This document shows positions 37,400-49,899 of a stretch of DNA of 64,000 bases, piece by piece. The stretch's first letter is position 1; every line of letters begins with the position of its first letter. The notes beneath the pieces were generated by a model. That model did no database searches. It worked only from the letters and a program-made list of their open reading frames with translations, and had not been told where the DNA came from. The translations under genes were made by a program, and so were the position numbers. This stretch comes from Sarea resinae (taxonomy: Eukaryota): the NCBI GenBank assembly GCA_026026165.1, contig JAPEUD010000054.1, forward strand, positions 1 through 64,000, in the 5' to 3' direction.

Positions 37400-38470
37400 C
37401 CAGCAGAGGTAGTAGGTTATAGGTAGGTATGTAGTAGGCAAGTCGACAAAGAGGGAGATAGGTATAGCCTCGACAGGCCAAGTGGGTTAAGTGATGTTAT
37501 AGAGTTATAGGAGTTTGTTTTTCAGTGGATAGAGGAATAGAATAGAATAGAATCGAATAGGTTTTGTTTGCTTGTTGGAGGTTGTATGTGAATAGGAATA
37601 ATAGTAAGAAAGAAAGAGAAGAAGAAGAAGAAGAAGAAGAAAGAGAAGGAGAAGAGAAAGAGGAAGGAGAAGAAGAGGAATATAAAAGGAGAAGGGTATA
37701 AAGGATATAGCTAGAAGTAAACACACTTAGTAGTCTTCCTTTTACTTAAAAGATCTAAGACTAATACATTAGAGTAAAGTAGAGAGAGAGTAAAGAGAGT
37801 ATAGAGAGAGGTAGTTTCTTTCTACAGTTCTGTTTTCTTCTAGGTTATAGATATTGTATATGTTGTAGAGTAGTTTAGTAATATACCTTGTTATATAATA
37901 GAAAGAAGATAATAAGAGAAGAGAGAGAAGAAAAAGAAAAAGAAAAAAAGAAAAAAAGAAAAAAAGAAAAAGAGAGAGGCTGTTTATATTCTATCTACTT
38001 AGTATATATCTATCTATGTACTAACAGATAAGGTAGACTCTATTAAGACTTTACTAAGAACCTAAGAATAGAGATAGATATAAAAAAGAGATAGAGAATT
38101 GTTATTTGTCTTATCTAGCTAAGCTTATACAGAGGAGTAAGTAAGTTATACTTTATAGATATCTATATAGATAATTAAGGTAGTATAGTATAGTGTAGTA
38201 TCGCGTAGTATAATTATATAGCACTATCTACCTACTATTCTATCTTCCTCTTACTAAAGAAAGTTCTAAGTCTAGAACAAAACTAGGATAAGAGCAATAG
38301 AGGCTCTAAGCAAGGAAGGAAAGCAACTCTAGAGTTAATAAAATTTACTGCATTCTATTATCTCTACTCTATTCTACTCTTTCTAATTCTCTCTCTCTCT
38401 ATCTCCCCTTCTCTATATCTCCTTAATAGACTACACCTCCTCTGAGCCTAAACACCTACATCGAGCATCT
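37400..38470. repeat. AT-rich, TpA-rich island (probable RIP-degraded repeat/TE remnant) with (GAA)n and (GAAAAAA)n tracts
   Basis: Very high TA/TAG content and few CA/TG by eye; no ORFs across about 37730-38520 in the track. Confidence 0.65.
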
Positions 38471-41400
38471 TCCCTAACCTCCGCCTTCTACAGACCCCTT
38501 TACATAGACCTTCGCACAGTCCGCTGCTGTGCAGTCGTTCAAGAGTTCCAGCCCATCTCAATCGGAACAAAAGCTCTCTTATACTGGCCCGCAGGAGCAA
38601 GGAGCAAAGAGTAGAGAAACCGTCCTCCAGACTCTCTCTCCCTCCACAAAAGCGGTACTGCGTCTCCCCTGCTCAAAGATAGACAGGCAGGCACACAGGG
38701 AGAGAGAGGAAAGCAGTCTTACAACTACCACCATCCCATCTCCCCCCGCCATGTACGCAGATGACTTGGCTTCTTGACACATAAAGCTGTCGTGTACACA
38801 TAAGACCACCTTCGCTAATCTCCTAGAAGAGAAGAGCCGGCTATATCCACAGCCCTTCTGTGCCCCTCGCGATCGTGTCTCGAGTGACGTCATACATGTC
38901 CACTTCCTCTCAACGTTCAATATATCTGCTCATCTCTTACTCTCTATGCAAGGCCTCGTTCTGGTGTTAGAGACCCAAAGCCCCTCAAAGTCGCGAATGG
39001 CGCTCTTGATTTCCGTGGTCCGTTTGCAGCTTGTGCGAGAAAACGATGAAACGAGCGGCGTTCACGGGGGCTGCGCATCTATGGAAACCTCTCCGTGCCG
39101 ATACGTGCTGCCGGATCAAGGATTGAATGTTGCGTCCGCACGATATCGTGTGTCCGCAGGATATTGTGCCTTCATCTTTCAGGAAGACTGACTCGGGATC
39201 AATACTGCGATTTTGGAATTCCAGTTTTCGTCGTTGCAAGTTGATTCCTGACCCAGAATTGTCTGACAACAGAGTATGCGTAACATATTTTTGCAAAGTC
39301 GACTAATGTGCTCCTATAGCGTGGTCCTAGATCCAATGCCTTTTCCCACTTTGAGCCTGCCGTGAGTTGCAGCGCCGCTCGGATGGTTCTGGACGTAGAG
39401 TGACTAGACTGGCTTGGGCTTGCTCCTTTTGAGGAAAGTGTCTTTCCCGTTTATCCGTAGATGCCTTCAATTGAAAGAGATGATCGAATTTGCGGTATTA
39501 GAGACTCTTCGAGCTTCTCTATTATCCCTTGAACTTCGGACCAGTTCATCAATCCAACACTGAGCTTTATCTAGAACCTCAAAAATTCAGTCAAGAGTGT
39601 AGCACCTTGCGAGATCGTATCCTAGCGTAACGATCAATCGTATTTTCGTCGACTAGTCTCTCGTAAAAGAAATAAACAAGCCAAAAGGGCTATTCTGCTA
39701 GACTTATTGCGGTCCGCAGATATCAAGGATGTTCCAAACCAGCCGAATGACTTCCACTCAGTGATTCCAGATGGCAGCGAGCCTTTGCCGTGAGAATGCG
39801 CTTTTTGTCTTCTCATTACCACCGGCTTGGATATCTCTAGAGGACCCTGACTCGGTTCGTAATGCTGACTTCCGCCACTCAGGACCCCCCTTTTCCAGGA
39901 AATGGCTCAGACCCAGATAGCGGTCAGGGAGAATAGGAACCTCAAGCATGTCCTGTTTGCCGTAACAGCTTGAGAGACAAGACTTGATGTTTATCATACG
40001 AGAGCTATCAAGCTCTCTCTAACAGCACAACTCTAGACAAGAGCAAGCAGTCAAAGACGATCTTGAGACTTGAGTATAGTAGATCGTTCTATAATTTGCG
40101 AAGATGCCTGCCTGGCTAGTTCACGATCGAATGCTCGAATTGCATCTTTCGCTTTCTAAGTCCCTGCTTGGGGTTGGTACAGCTAGGTGCCCACGTATCT
40201 CGTAGAAACAATCGCAGAGGCTGGCCCCTATCATACACGGGACTGAATGTGCTGGGCCCTGACAGTGTTGCCAAAAGACCCCAAGATTTTCTGCAAGACT
40301 TTTGATTCAAGAGGAGCTGTAATCTCGTCCCTGATCTCCTAGGTCCGGCGGTCTGCTGCATGGCAAGCCCCATACTCTGATGCGAGATGGAGTTGGTTTG
40401 CGTGTATATGTACCATAGCATGTTTGATATTTGCCGCTGCCAGAAAAGCCATCGTATTCGATATAACTCACAATGGCGAACTCTCTTCCGGAAGGCCCTT
40501 GTGTCTCAATCGCTATTGCCTGGAAAGCGCTCTTGACGAAGAAGCTTTGGTACGGGCGACTTATTGTCGGAAAGGCCATTCTCTGAACTTGTGCTGCCAC
40601 TCCCTGTGCTCGGTTTATGCATTCGAAGCCAGTCTAGATTGTCCAGCTATATCGACGAATGTGTCTTGCATCAACAGCTGAGCTTCGTGGAGCTAAAGAA
40701 GAGGATCCAACAAAGCGATCGTATCTCTGTCTTGTACCTTGAATGAATAGAGCAGCATATATATGTTCCTCAATCTCAGATACAGACTATACAGTTCTCT
40801 TCACCTTAGCGTACGCTCAATCTCATGAGAGGAAAGATGCAGAAAGGATATATCATCGTGAGAGGGGGTATGAACACAGATCAACTTCCTTCGGCCAACG
40901 CGGCTGATCAACAGACCTTCCCCAACGGATGACTGGTTTGTAGAGAAAAGTTAGCGTGGCTAGCATGGATCCTGCCCAGCCGATGTAAATGGCCTCTTCC
41001 TGTTTCTCATTGCTGTCCCCCTCCCCTTCCTCATCTAACCTCAACCACTTTCTTGGCCCTTGGGCTCAGTGTGTCTCTTTTTCATCGTGTTTCCTTCATC
41101 TTGCTCTGCAGGCGCTCCTTTCGGCATCGCCTCCATTGGTCCTATTATTTTCTTCCTATGTCTAGAGGTACGCGATTGGCGAAGTGACCGTCTCGCTTAG
41201 TAAATCATGTCTAGCATGAAAGACACTAGAACGACCATGAGATGGAAAATATTCTGTTCGGATCCAGTAAGGGCATTGTTTGAGGGTTTGCCATTTGGCA
41301 GCTGGCTGATGGTATATTGTGGCCGTGGCCGAGGTTCTTCTTGCCGATATGATACCTATCGATCGTTACGATCGAATTTCGTCATAAGGCCGCATTTCCT

Positions 41401-41621
41401 CAAGTACGACTGGCTCATCTGTCTCGGTTTCGAATGTCTTTCGACTGTAGCTACACCAAGGCGATAGTGAGGCCAAGGAGATGTTGGTAGTGCCTATGAC
41501 TTTGTTGATACGTCCAACTACAGTGCTAGTGCTGTATAGGTGGTATATCGTAGTTGTCAGCAGGGTAAAGGGGGACCATGAGACGCGACAGTGATGAACT
41601 TCTCCCCGATATGGGATATGA

Positions 41622-43290
41622 CTAGAAGTCCGGACGTAGTAAAGAGCTCTTGGCCCCGTTCTCGCCGCAGTTTAGCATTATGCATGGCCTGAGATTCTCT
41701 CTGTAAGAGCTATTGTCTGCCTTCTGGCCAGCTAGGAGTGTCTGCCGCTTTGCTGCTTGGTCATGTCCATTGTCTGTCCAGATTTTGTATTCGACAAGAA
41801 CCTTTCCGGTTGTCCCAGACAACTTTGTTGTATCTAATGTAGGCCCTGCCAAGTGAAATACACAAATGCTGTGAGAAGGGTTCAAAGAATTCCCGCAGCG
41901 TACAACGTAGAGAAAGCCTTGAAGAAGTCCCCGTTTTGAAGATGACCAACAAGGGATCCTCATGATGAGTGGTATCTTGCTATGAGGGTTTTATTTTCGA
42001 GTAGTATCAAGATAGGGTCGACGTCCTCGTTGACTTCGAGTGCCTCTCCAACTTGTATTTTCTGACACGTCGAGACAGTCTCGTTGACTGAATAGTGGGT
42101 CCAGGTCGATATGGTTGTTTTTTTACTGTACGTACCAAGGCAAGTGTAATGTCCTTGGATTTATATCCGGTAAAATATCCCGGTGAAGGAAGGAGCATTT
42201 GCAGTGAAAGACTCTTCTCTGGCTATGGCTAGCACAATCCGAGCGCCACTGTCTTCTGCTTCTAGAACGGATTTCAACCCGGCAAGAACTCGGAGGCCTT
42301 TGTTGTCGTTAATTGCTTTGGTCGATGGTCGCCTGTTTTGAAATATGACCAGTTGATTTGGTCGATCCCCTTGCACACTTGATAAGTATGAGTTGAGAAC
42401 CCGAGTCGTTCTGGTTTCTGATTTGGAAATTTATCTGGACCGAGATATAAATCAATCATGAACTCGTGAGCAGCACGTTGAGACTTAGATCTCAACCGCC
42501 TTGTAGATCCTGCTGTAAGCCTGCTGTAAGACTGCTGTAAAGCTTCACCAGATGATGTGGACGATGTGGATGATGCTTCTGATAATTGATTGATTTGGAG
42601 ATCCCGGGACCAAGGGTAGAAGCACCAGCTATCTTCGCTAGTACCAGTCCCTTCTTCTTGCAAGAGATGCCACTGCCAATGGTGTTTGGAAAAAAGCATC
42701 GCAATTGTAAAATTGCCACTATGAAGTATCTTGATCGCCTCCCAAATTGCATTCTTTGTTTTCTGCGACATCGTGTTTAGGTACTACAAAAGTATATTTA
42801 GATGATTTTGAAAATTAAAAAAAAAAGAAAAACAGAAAAAAATAGAAAAAAAAAGAATTGAATAGAGAGTTATACTTACGTCGGCATTGTTCTCTTGCCC
42901 ACTAATCTTCTAGGTGACTATGCACATTTTAAAGGCAGAAGGCTACATTAGAGTTAGAGATTAATTTCGAAAATTCCGAAAATTTGTAAAAAGTTTCAAT
43001 ATTTTCAAAAATTAATGAAAAATTTGAAACTTGTTAAACTTACCTTGTAGAGGTGGCTGCACTTTAGCAGGTCCTTTTCGTCAAGGCCTAGGGGCTCCTC
43101 TGCTCTAGTAGGGCGAGGGGCGTTTGAGGCCTAGCACAAGTAGCAGAGCAGGAAGCTCTTTCATCCCTTAGACTAGAAGTGGATTCTAAAAGATTGATTA
43201 GCATAATGTTTGTAATTTCTGAAAATTCTATCAAATAAAGAAATATTAAATGAAGGAAATTATTTGAAGTTTGGTAGATCCCCACCCATG
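41622..43290 (-). pseudogene. decayed multi-exon gene, possibly an atypical protein-kinase-like fold
   Basis: Phase-0 introns 43043-42943 and 42879-42784 (GTAAGT donors, TAG acceptors) flank a 63-nt exon and join into ORF 42771; translation LLKCSHLYK|PSAFKMCIVT*KISGQENNAD|YLNTMSQKTKNAIWEAIKILHSGN has in-frame stops. Confidence 0.45.
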
Positions 43291-44687
43291 AGATCTCCAA
43301 GGTCCGGAAGAGTTTCTGCTTCTGGCCAGTTGTTTCAACATGACAAGAAGGTCTGTTCTCCACAATCAGCATCTGACGGGCTGACCAAGTACATTCTCGA
43401 TATTGTCTTCCAAGAACCGGGGGCCCGCAGGCACCGCTGTTCTTGGCCTTCTTATCCACTTTGTCTAGTAAAAGGAATGGATCATCGTTGGCCCATCAAC
43501 TCCTTCTATCTAGTGGACCATCCCGATCCGCTACTCCCAAGTTCGTGAAGAAAGGCGCAAGGTAACCAGTCCAATGAGGCTCTGGTGCAAGGTGGACATA
43601 ACCTTTCACTGCCCTTGACCAAAAGCTAAAACCCAGATGAACTCAAACCCCCATATCCTGCGTCAATGCCTATGGTATCTTAGTCAATCAATGTGTCAAT
43701 CTCGACGTATAGTGTCGGCACCCGGAACTCTATCGTTCCCACTTTATCCCGCTCACGTTGAAGAACACGGGAGGGACCAAACAAGGGACTATCTGTAAAG
43801 GACCCACGATGACCGGGGAATTTGGAACTGGCGGAGGTTTTCTCTGCCACTCGGAACTTGTCCCTTGCTTATCTGGTTTCGCTCCTGCTGCGGTGCATTC
43901 TTCGCGCACACCTCCTCTTCCAAAGGTCACCTTAGGGACCGCGACTGACAGTGGGATTTCCTAGAAAAATGATCGCTTTCCTTGCTAGACCATCCCCAGT
44001 AACTGTTCTAACATCGTCGGAGGAAGCTATGTTGCAGACAAAAGTATTAGTGAATGGGTTTCCAAAAGCGAGCACTGGTCTTTTTACCACCACTGAACAG
44101 AAATTCGACACGATCTGTACTTTTTGCCAAATATTCCACGCGCGGCACATATATTATAATAAGCATTTGATATACCCCAATACTAGTCATAGCGTCGACC
44201 TCATTTGAAGGGTTTTCGTTGTAACCGCTTCAGACACGAGCGGAGCCCTAGTATGACTGTAAAGTAGCTTTGCCTATAAACAACGGAATGCTGGAACCAT
44301 CTTCCGAAGTCAGGTTTGTGGTTCCTAGCCAAGCTCCAGTCACTGTTCACAACCACAGTTCTGCCGCCATGAAGTGCTTTGATGCCATCCATCTTGGCTT
44401 TTCGACGATATATAGCATATTCTTTGCTTGATAATGGAAGACGCTTGTATTAGTAATTATTGCTGATTTGATGTAAAGATAGTGGCTTCTCCGATTGGGT
44501 TGTTAATCTTTCGTAATGAGTGTATTTACCGATAGACCGATGAACAGCGTTGGCTGGATCTCTTGTATCAGGTCCCCTTTTTACCGATAGTCGGTTTCCT
44601 TGCATATGATAACATGAAAGAGGCTGCGCTCTTTTTATCCTCTGAAGAAGACCCCAAATTGGCATTCATGGCCCTCTCGCTCAAGCA

Positions 44688-47600
44688 TTAGCTGCAAAAC
44701 AGTATCATGTTCGGATCCGTAGTCTCGTAGATAGTAAGAGCTCGTGCAATCTGATCGTTCCAGATAAGGTAAGTCTTGGCCCATGTCTCATGCTCGTCCG
44801 AAAGGAAGGGCAGTCTTTGATACACCGGCCATCGTGCGGCAACATCCCCATGGATGTTCAAGCTATCTTGAGATAGCGCTGTAGCCTGCTTAGCCAATCC
44901 AGAAACCATCGTCACTGTATCTGAAAGGAGCATTTCAGCATGTCATGACATCTATCTATTCATATACTGTTCCTCCAAGATTAAATTCTGTTGTAGAATA
45001 GCCGTCGAGAGCGACGTAGAGAGCACTTTCGGAACCGGCCTTCCAATGTATAAATTGTAAATCGTCTGTCCGAATCCGATTAGTGCCTTGATTGCTTCGA
45101 TGACCGCGCTTGCTGCGCACACATCTAAGTCGGCAATATCAAAGTCGATTGGCATGAGCGTTCGAAAAGTTCAGGAGCAGATTGGAAAGGTACTCTGACT
45201 CGTTCAATCAAGAGACTGGAGCGGTAGTGAGATTGAGTGAATGTTCCCTTTAGTAACGAGGATAGTTGTTGTATCATTCACTCGGACAAACTCAGAGTGA
45301 ATGTCTTGATCCTTGATGTGTCGTCTACGAATCAGGCCCTGGTACCGATATGTTCGCCATGATACGTCGTGAAGTTTCACAGTAATTTCCAAGGTTTCCT
45401 CTCTAGCATGGAGTAAATTGATCTTGCCATGGCTGCTTTCTCGAGCATCAATGTTTCGGCTTGCGGTCCTGCCCTACTAGCCCTTTTTCTTTGATTGCTT
45501 CGGCATCAACGGACGTGATGCTGAGCCAGACGTTGTATGCTTGCTTTTGCTAGTAACATGTGAATGTTCACATTGAACGTCATGCGGTGTTCTTGAGTCC
45601 TGTTTGGCTATCGTGACCTATGAAGCGCTTCGCTGTCACTGTGGAGGTCGAAGAAGACCTCAGTGTTGTCTATTATATCGAGGATGTTCCAGAAAGACCG
45701 TCATGTATAGATTGAGCACCTTGTGGGTATAAGGACTTCGAAAAGTTGTATGGGCCATTTCAAGAACGGAAGCTTCAAGTCTGCGAGATAAAGCATACTA
45801 TGTTTGGTTTCAGAGGATGCCCAGGTTGCCCAGAGATCATCTGGACCCTGGTTGTATTGAATTGTTCTCAGAGGCGGACAAGGCCATATATTGCATCCTT
45901 GCAGACATATCGCAGAGAGGGGTGGTCAACTCGGTTATGACGCTACCCAACATCAATACAGAAAGACCAAAGTGCGTGGTCGGCTTCCGAAGTTTAGTGA
46001 AATTCCTTGCATCCGTCTTCCGCCTATGTCTTAAGAGCTTGAAGCTAGTCTCTTTCCTGGTAGCCCAGAGCGTGTTGTTGTGGTTTTAGAATGAGCCAAT
46101 TCTAGAATATAGTAGCTTGATCTTGACCGGAACGCAATGCCGCTAACAGATGGCATGCTAGGAACCAGAATAGCAGAGTAATCGTTTCTCGAGGCTTACT
46201 TTTCTGTCTAGCTTCCGGCTTGAATGCACTTTGTTGCCTAGATAATAGAATCAATTCCTATGCCTGGCAAACAGGCCTTTGTGAATGAGCATGTCCCCCT
46301 TTTTGTGACGAAGAAACCTTGTGCACCTTTCCTATGTTCAAGGCATTCCTGTATAGAAATACAAGTAAGCCTATAAGAGTGCGAGGCACAACAGAATAAT
46401 GCCAGTCGTATCTGCATGCACTATCGGGCCAGAGATCCTTTGGTTCGGCCATCATGCCTTATTGTCATTCATTGCGTCTGTCCCCGCAACTAGTCACCTT
46501 TCGATTTCGAATTTAGGTAGGCCGACCTGCGGGTTAAGACTCTCCTGGCTCCACGCTGAATTATCCCACTGTCACACCAGCCTGCTGTCTGTTCTTGTCA
46601 TCTTCCCACACGGTATACTGCTCAATACACCGTTCCGTTTTCCTTCTCCGTCATCAAGTATCAAATCTTTCACAGAAGGCTGCCGTGATGACCATGGCAT
46701 AGACCTATGTGGCACCATGGGCGTTTTCCGCGTAGTCCGGACGGCCAGCAAATCATTTTCTTGGGTATCGTAACTGAGATTCCCCAGAAGCCAACTCGGC
46801 CTTCGTATATTCGCGTATGTCTTCCAATTAATTGCCTTTGCTCTGGGAGGCTTTTTTTCTGCTGAGCCCTCTCCAAAGCTCATAGAGCATTTCATGAGCA
46901 TTTATTATCTGTTTGCTTGCACAGCCGCAGTGCGATAAGTTTGTCCCACGAATAACAAAAAGGAAGATGAAGAATGCCCTTTTGCTCAGCCAAGTTTATC
47001 GTGCCTATGTCCGCCTCCCCGCAATCGGAGTACACATAAGCCTATGTTCAGGGAACTTCCTTATCGAATACTGTCGTCGTTTACTCAAAGGAAGCTGCTC
47101 TTGCCCGAGCAACCTCACAAACAAATCCGTGTCGATTTCATCTTGGATGATAGGCTTAGCCGTAAGCAATCTGGTTCCCTCTTCGCAGTCATTCTGAATT
47201 CTCTCAGATAGGCACTATATTGTTAATTATTGTTCTTACTTTCTAAGAGCATCCAAAGGATTAGCTAAGCCCTATATCTAGGGCAAAATGAAGGGGTGAC
47301 GATGACAAACCTTGAAGGATCCTGTCTACCTCCTTCCTGTGCCTTCTTTCCTCGTTATAGGGAAACCCTGCGGTTGCAAAGTCCGGCAATTTGGAGACGA
47401 TTGCATCCTCTAGTTCACCTGTATCCGTGCGTTGCGTTACCACGTCTAGCCATGTCATTCTGACTGCCGCGCTCTGACCTCCAATATCCACCTTCGCCCG
47501 CTTCGCATCAGGTTTGCCGACGGCATCTGGATCCCACGCACGCTTCGACTCGAGCGGATTTGAAAGCGGATAATACGCCCCTTTGCGGGATGGTGAAGAC

Positions 47601-47870
47601 AGACTTTGTTTGGTCTTTGCCAGCGCCTCATTAACAAGTCCGCCTTCTTGCGAAATGCGTCTTAGATCTGCTGTCCTGAATCCGAAACACCACACCCAGT
47701 ATCTGGCTGGCCTTCATATCTCCGGTCTGGGCTGGTAGGAGCACCTTGTAAATTCAGCCAAGGCTGGTAGTTGATACGCCACTGTGTTGAATCTGTAGAT
47801 CATTGACCCAACCAAGTTATTCGTGGTTTCATTAGTATCCATGATGCACACGTGGCACTTCGGCAGCCCC
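44688..47870 (-). pseudogene. long decayed gene of unknown family (stop- and frameshift-interrupted)
   Basis: Track ORFs 45392, 45155 and 44933 lie in one frame separated by a few stops. ORF 47695 extends upstream across one stop to an intron acceptor (CTAAC...TAG at about 47871). Composition is protein-like. Confidence 0.4.
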
Positions 47871-48054
47871 TATCTGTTAGTCGACTGAATTTTGGCATTG
47901 CTAGAGTCGCGAAAACTGTTGCTGATTTCAGTGCTTCCCTACACAACAACCTGATAGACTAGCACTAAGAGTCCGTCAATCATAATGCTTCATAGTTCAT
48001 ATGGCAAGACCATACAGACTGAGGAGAAGCAAATCCAATGAGTCCTATATTGAC

Positions 48055-49446
48055 TCATGTTTCGGAAAGGTACGAAACAGTCAGTCGGCCTTTCAATAAC
48101 GGATAATGCTTGCTTTCAGACGTGTTCTCGTCTATTGCCAATGTTAAAGGGCGAATTTGCTTTGATACATCAGGACACTGTGACGGCTTGCCTGATCCAA
48201 GCTGCTGTGTCCATCTCCAAATTACCCGATAATTGCCTTCACATGGTGGGGCTCGGAATGAGCTAGGTGCCCTCAGTCTTATTTCGTGACCTTGATGGTT
48301 GACTGAAGCGTCCTCTTGCGCTAAATTGGGGCTCGAGATGATGTCCTGTACGGCTTGTCGTTCATGGCCTATAGTGCCTCCACCAAACCTTGGATGCGGT
48401 GAAAGTAGGTCGAAACCAGTTCCACAACTCAACGACAACAAGGGCACTTCATCCAAGAGCCTGGGTCAACGATCCGGGCCGCTTTCCACACTCTCTTCCA
48501 TCGTCTTATCCAAGGATTCTGCGCAGCGGAAACATCCAGATCTCGTACACGGCGTGATCGATCGTGACGTGCATCATAGACGACTCCGGGCTCGGGAACA
48601 CTGCTCTTTCGGAATATGTATACGATGGTGGCGGTAGTTGCCATCGCAGATCGCGGACGGCCCGCTGCACCTGGGGGAAGAACCGGTCTTCGCGAGGCGC
48701 AAAGTCGGGCGGGCCCAGGTTCCGCAGGGCGCGATCCCAGAGCATATTCTCCTCGAGCAGCTCCATGGCTACCTCGGACCAGCGCTGGGGGTCCCAGACG
48801 GCCTGCGGGAAGAGAGGCTGTGGGAAATCGGCTGGGAGGTAGGCGGCGTACATCGTCTTATCCGAGAATACGCCCGGTCAAATTGCCTCCCAATAAGGAT
48901 ATATGATCTGTTGGGCCAATCAGCCTGTTTTCCGAGCTCATCGATCGCATCCAGGAACAGGAGTGTCGCGGAAGAGACCAAATGAACGACATGACTCTTT
49001 CGAGGATGAAACAAACTGAGCGTCCCATCGCTGGACCACAGACGACAAGCTCCGCTATATGAAAAGCGATCGTACTTTGCGTATTCCGTCCGTTGTTCCC
49101 AAGTTTTTAAAATCCTATCGCGAAAGCAATGGTTTTCGTATTTTGGGATCTCAACATCCTTGGTAGATCGCACCCAACGCTTGCTTCTTTTCTCAGGTAA
49201 TAAAAAGTTAAATGGCGAGCAGTCTCCATTGTCCAGGCCAAATGGGAGACGTGCCGACACTTTCTGCCAGGTGACAGGAATAACTCGAGGCATGTCGTAG
49301 AGGCCGTTTTCAAATCGGGAAAAGTATGTCAGATCGTGCGCTTGCTTGAGCTCGTGCTTCAGCTTCGTTTTCTCGTTTATGTATCCTCCTGAGTATCTGG
49401 CTAAAACGAGCGAGTGGGTGAGCAGGTTAGGCCGCCAATAAGTCAT
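48055..49446 (-). pseudogene. frameshifted relic gene of unknown family
   Basis: Chain of overlapping minus-strand ORFs (49446-48769, 48853-48506, 48644-48429, 48456-48055) with globular-protein-like sequence handing over between frames. Confidence 0.4.
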
Positions 49447-49899
49447 TATTGTGTCTTCGATACGGGTCTCGAAGGACGGTCACTCAGCTAGTGAGTCCTC
49501 TGACGATAGTTCCTCGACAATGTGGCTTGACATATGTGCTTATAGCGAAATCAATTGGCTGGACGAGCCGGAAAACCTTCCAGCATAGATGTACTAGCAA
49601 CCTTCCCAGGAACAAAGGAATTTTCGGAGCTCCTGCCATGCTCTTTCAGTTGTTCTTAAAAACGTTAGTCAGTCTACCAGAGGGAGCAAAGCAGCCAATG
49701 CCGCAGGGCCCCTAATCCTTCTGTCTCACTTCAGATGTGTCCTCTTCCTTCATCATGGCGTGCTCGTTAAATCTTGAGTAGTTCCGCGAAGAACGATTCA
49801 CATTCGTACTCGGTAAGTCAATTTCCTATTGGAGAAGCTCCTTCTTCGACTTCTCCGCTAAGTCATCCAAAATCTGCGGCAGCACATGGCAAAAGTCTG

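Noticed and set aside
41622..41963. Small-GTPase-like words (VEYKIWTDNGHDQ, LLAGQKAD)
   Set aside because: Spacing is wrong and no P-loop is present; likely coincidence
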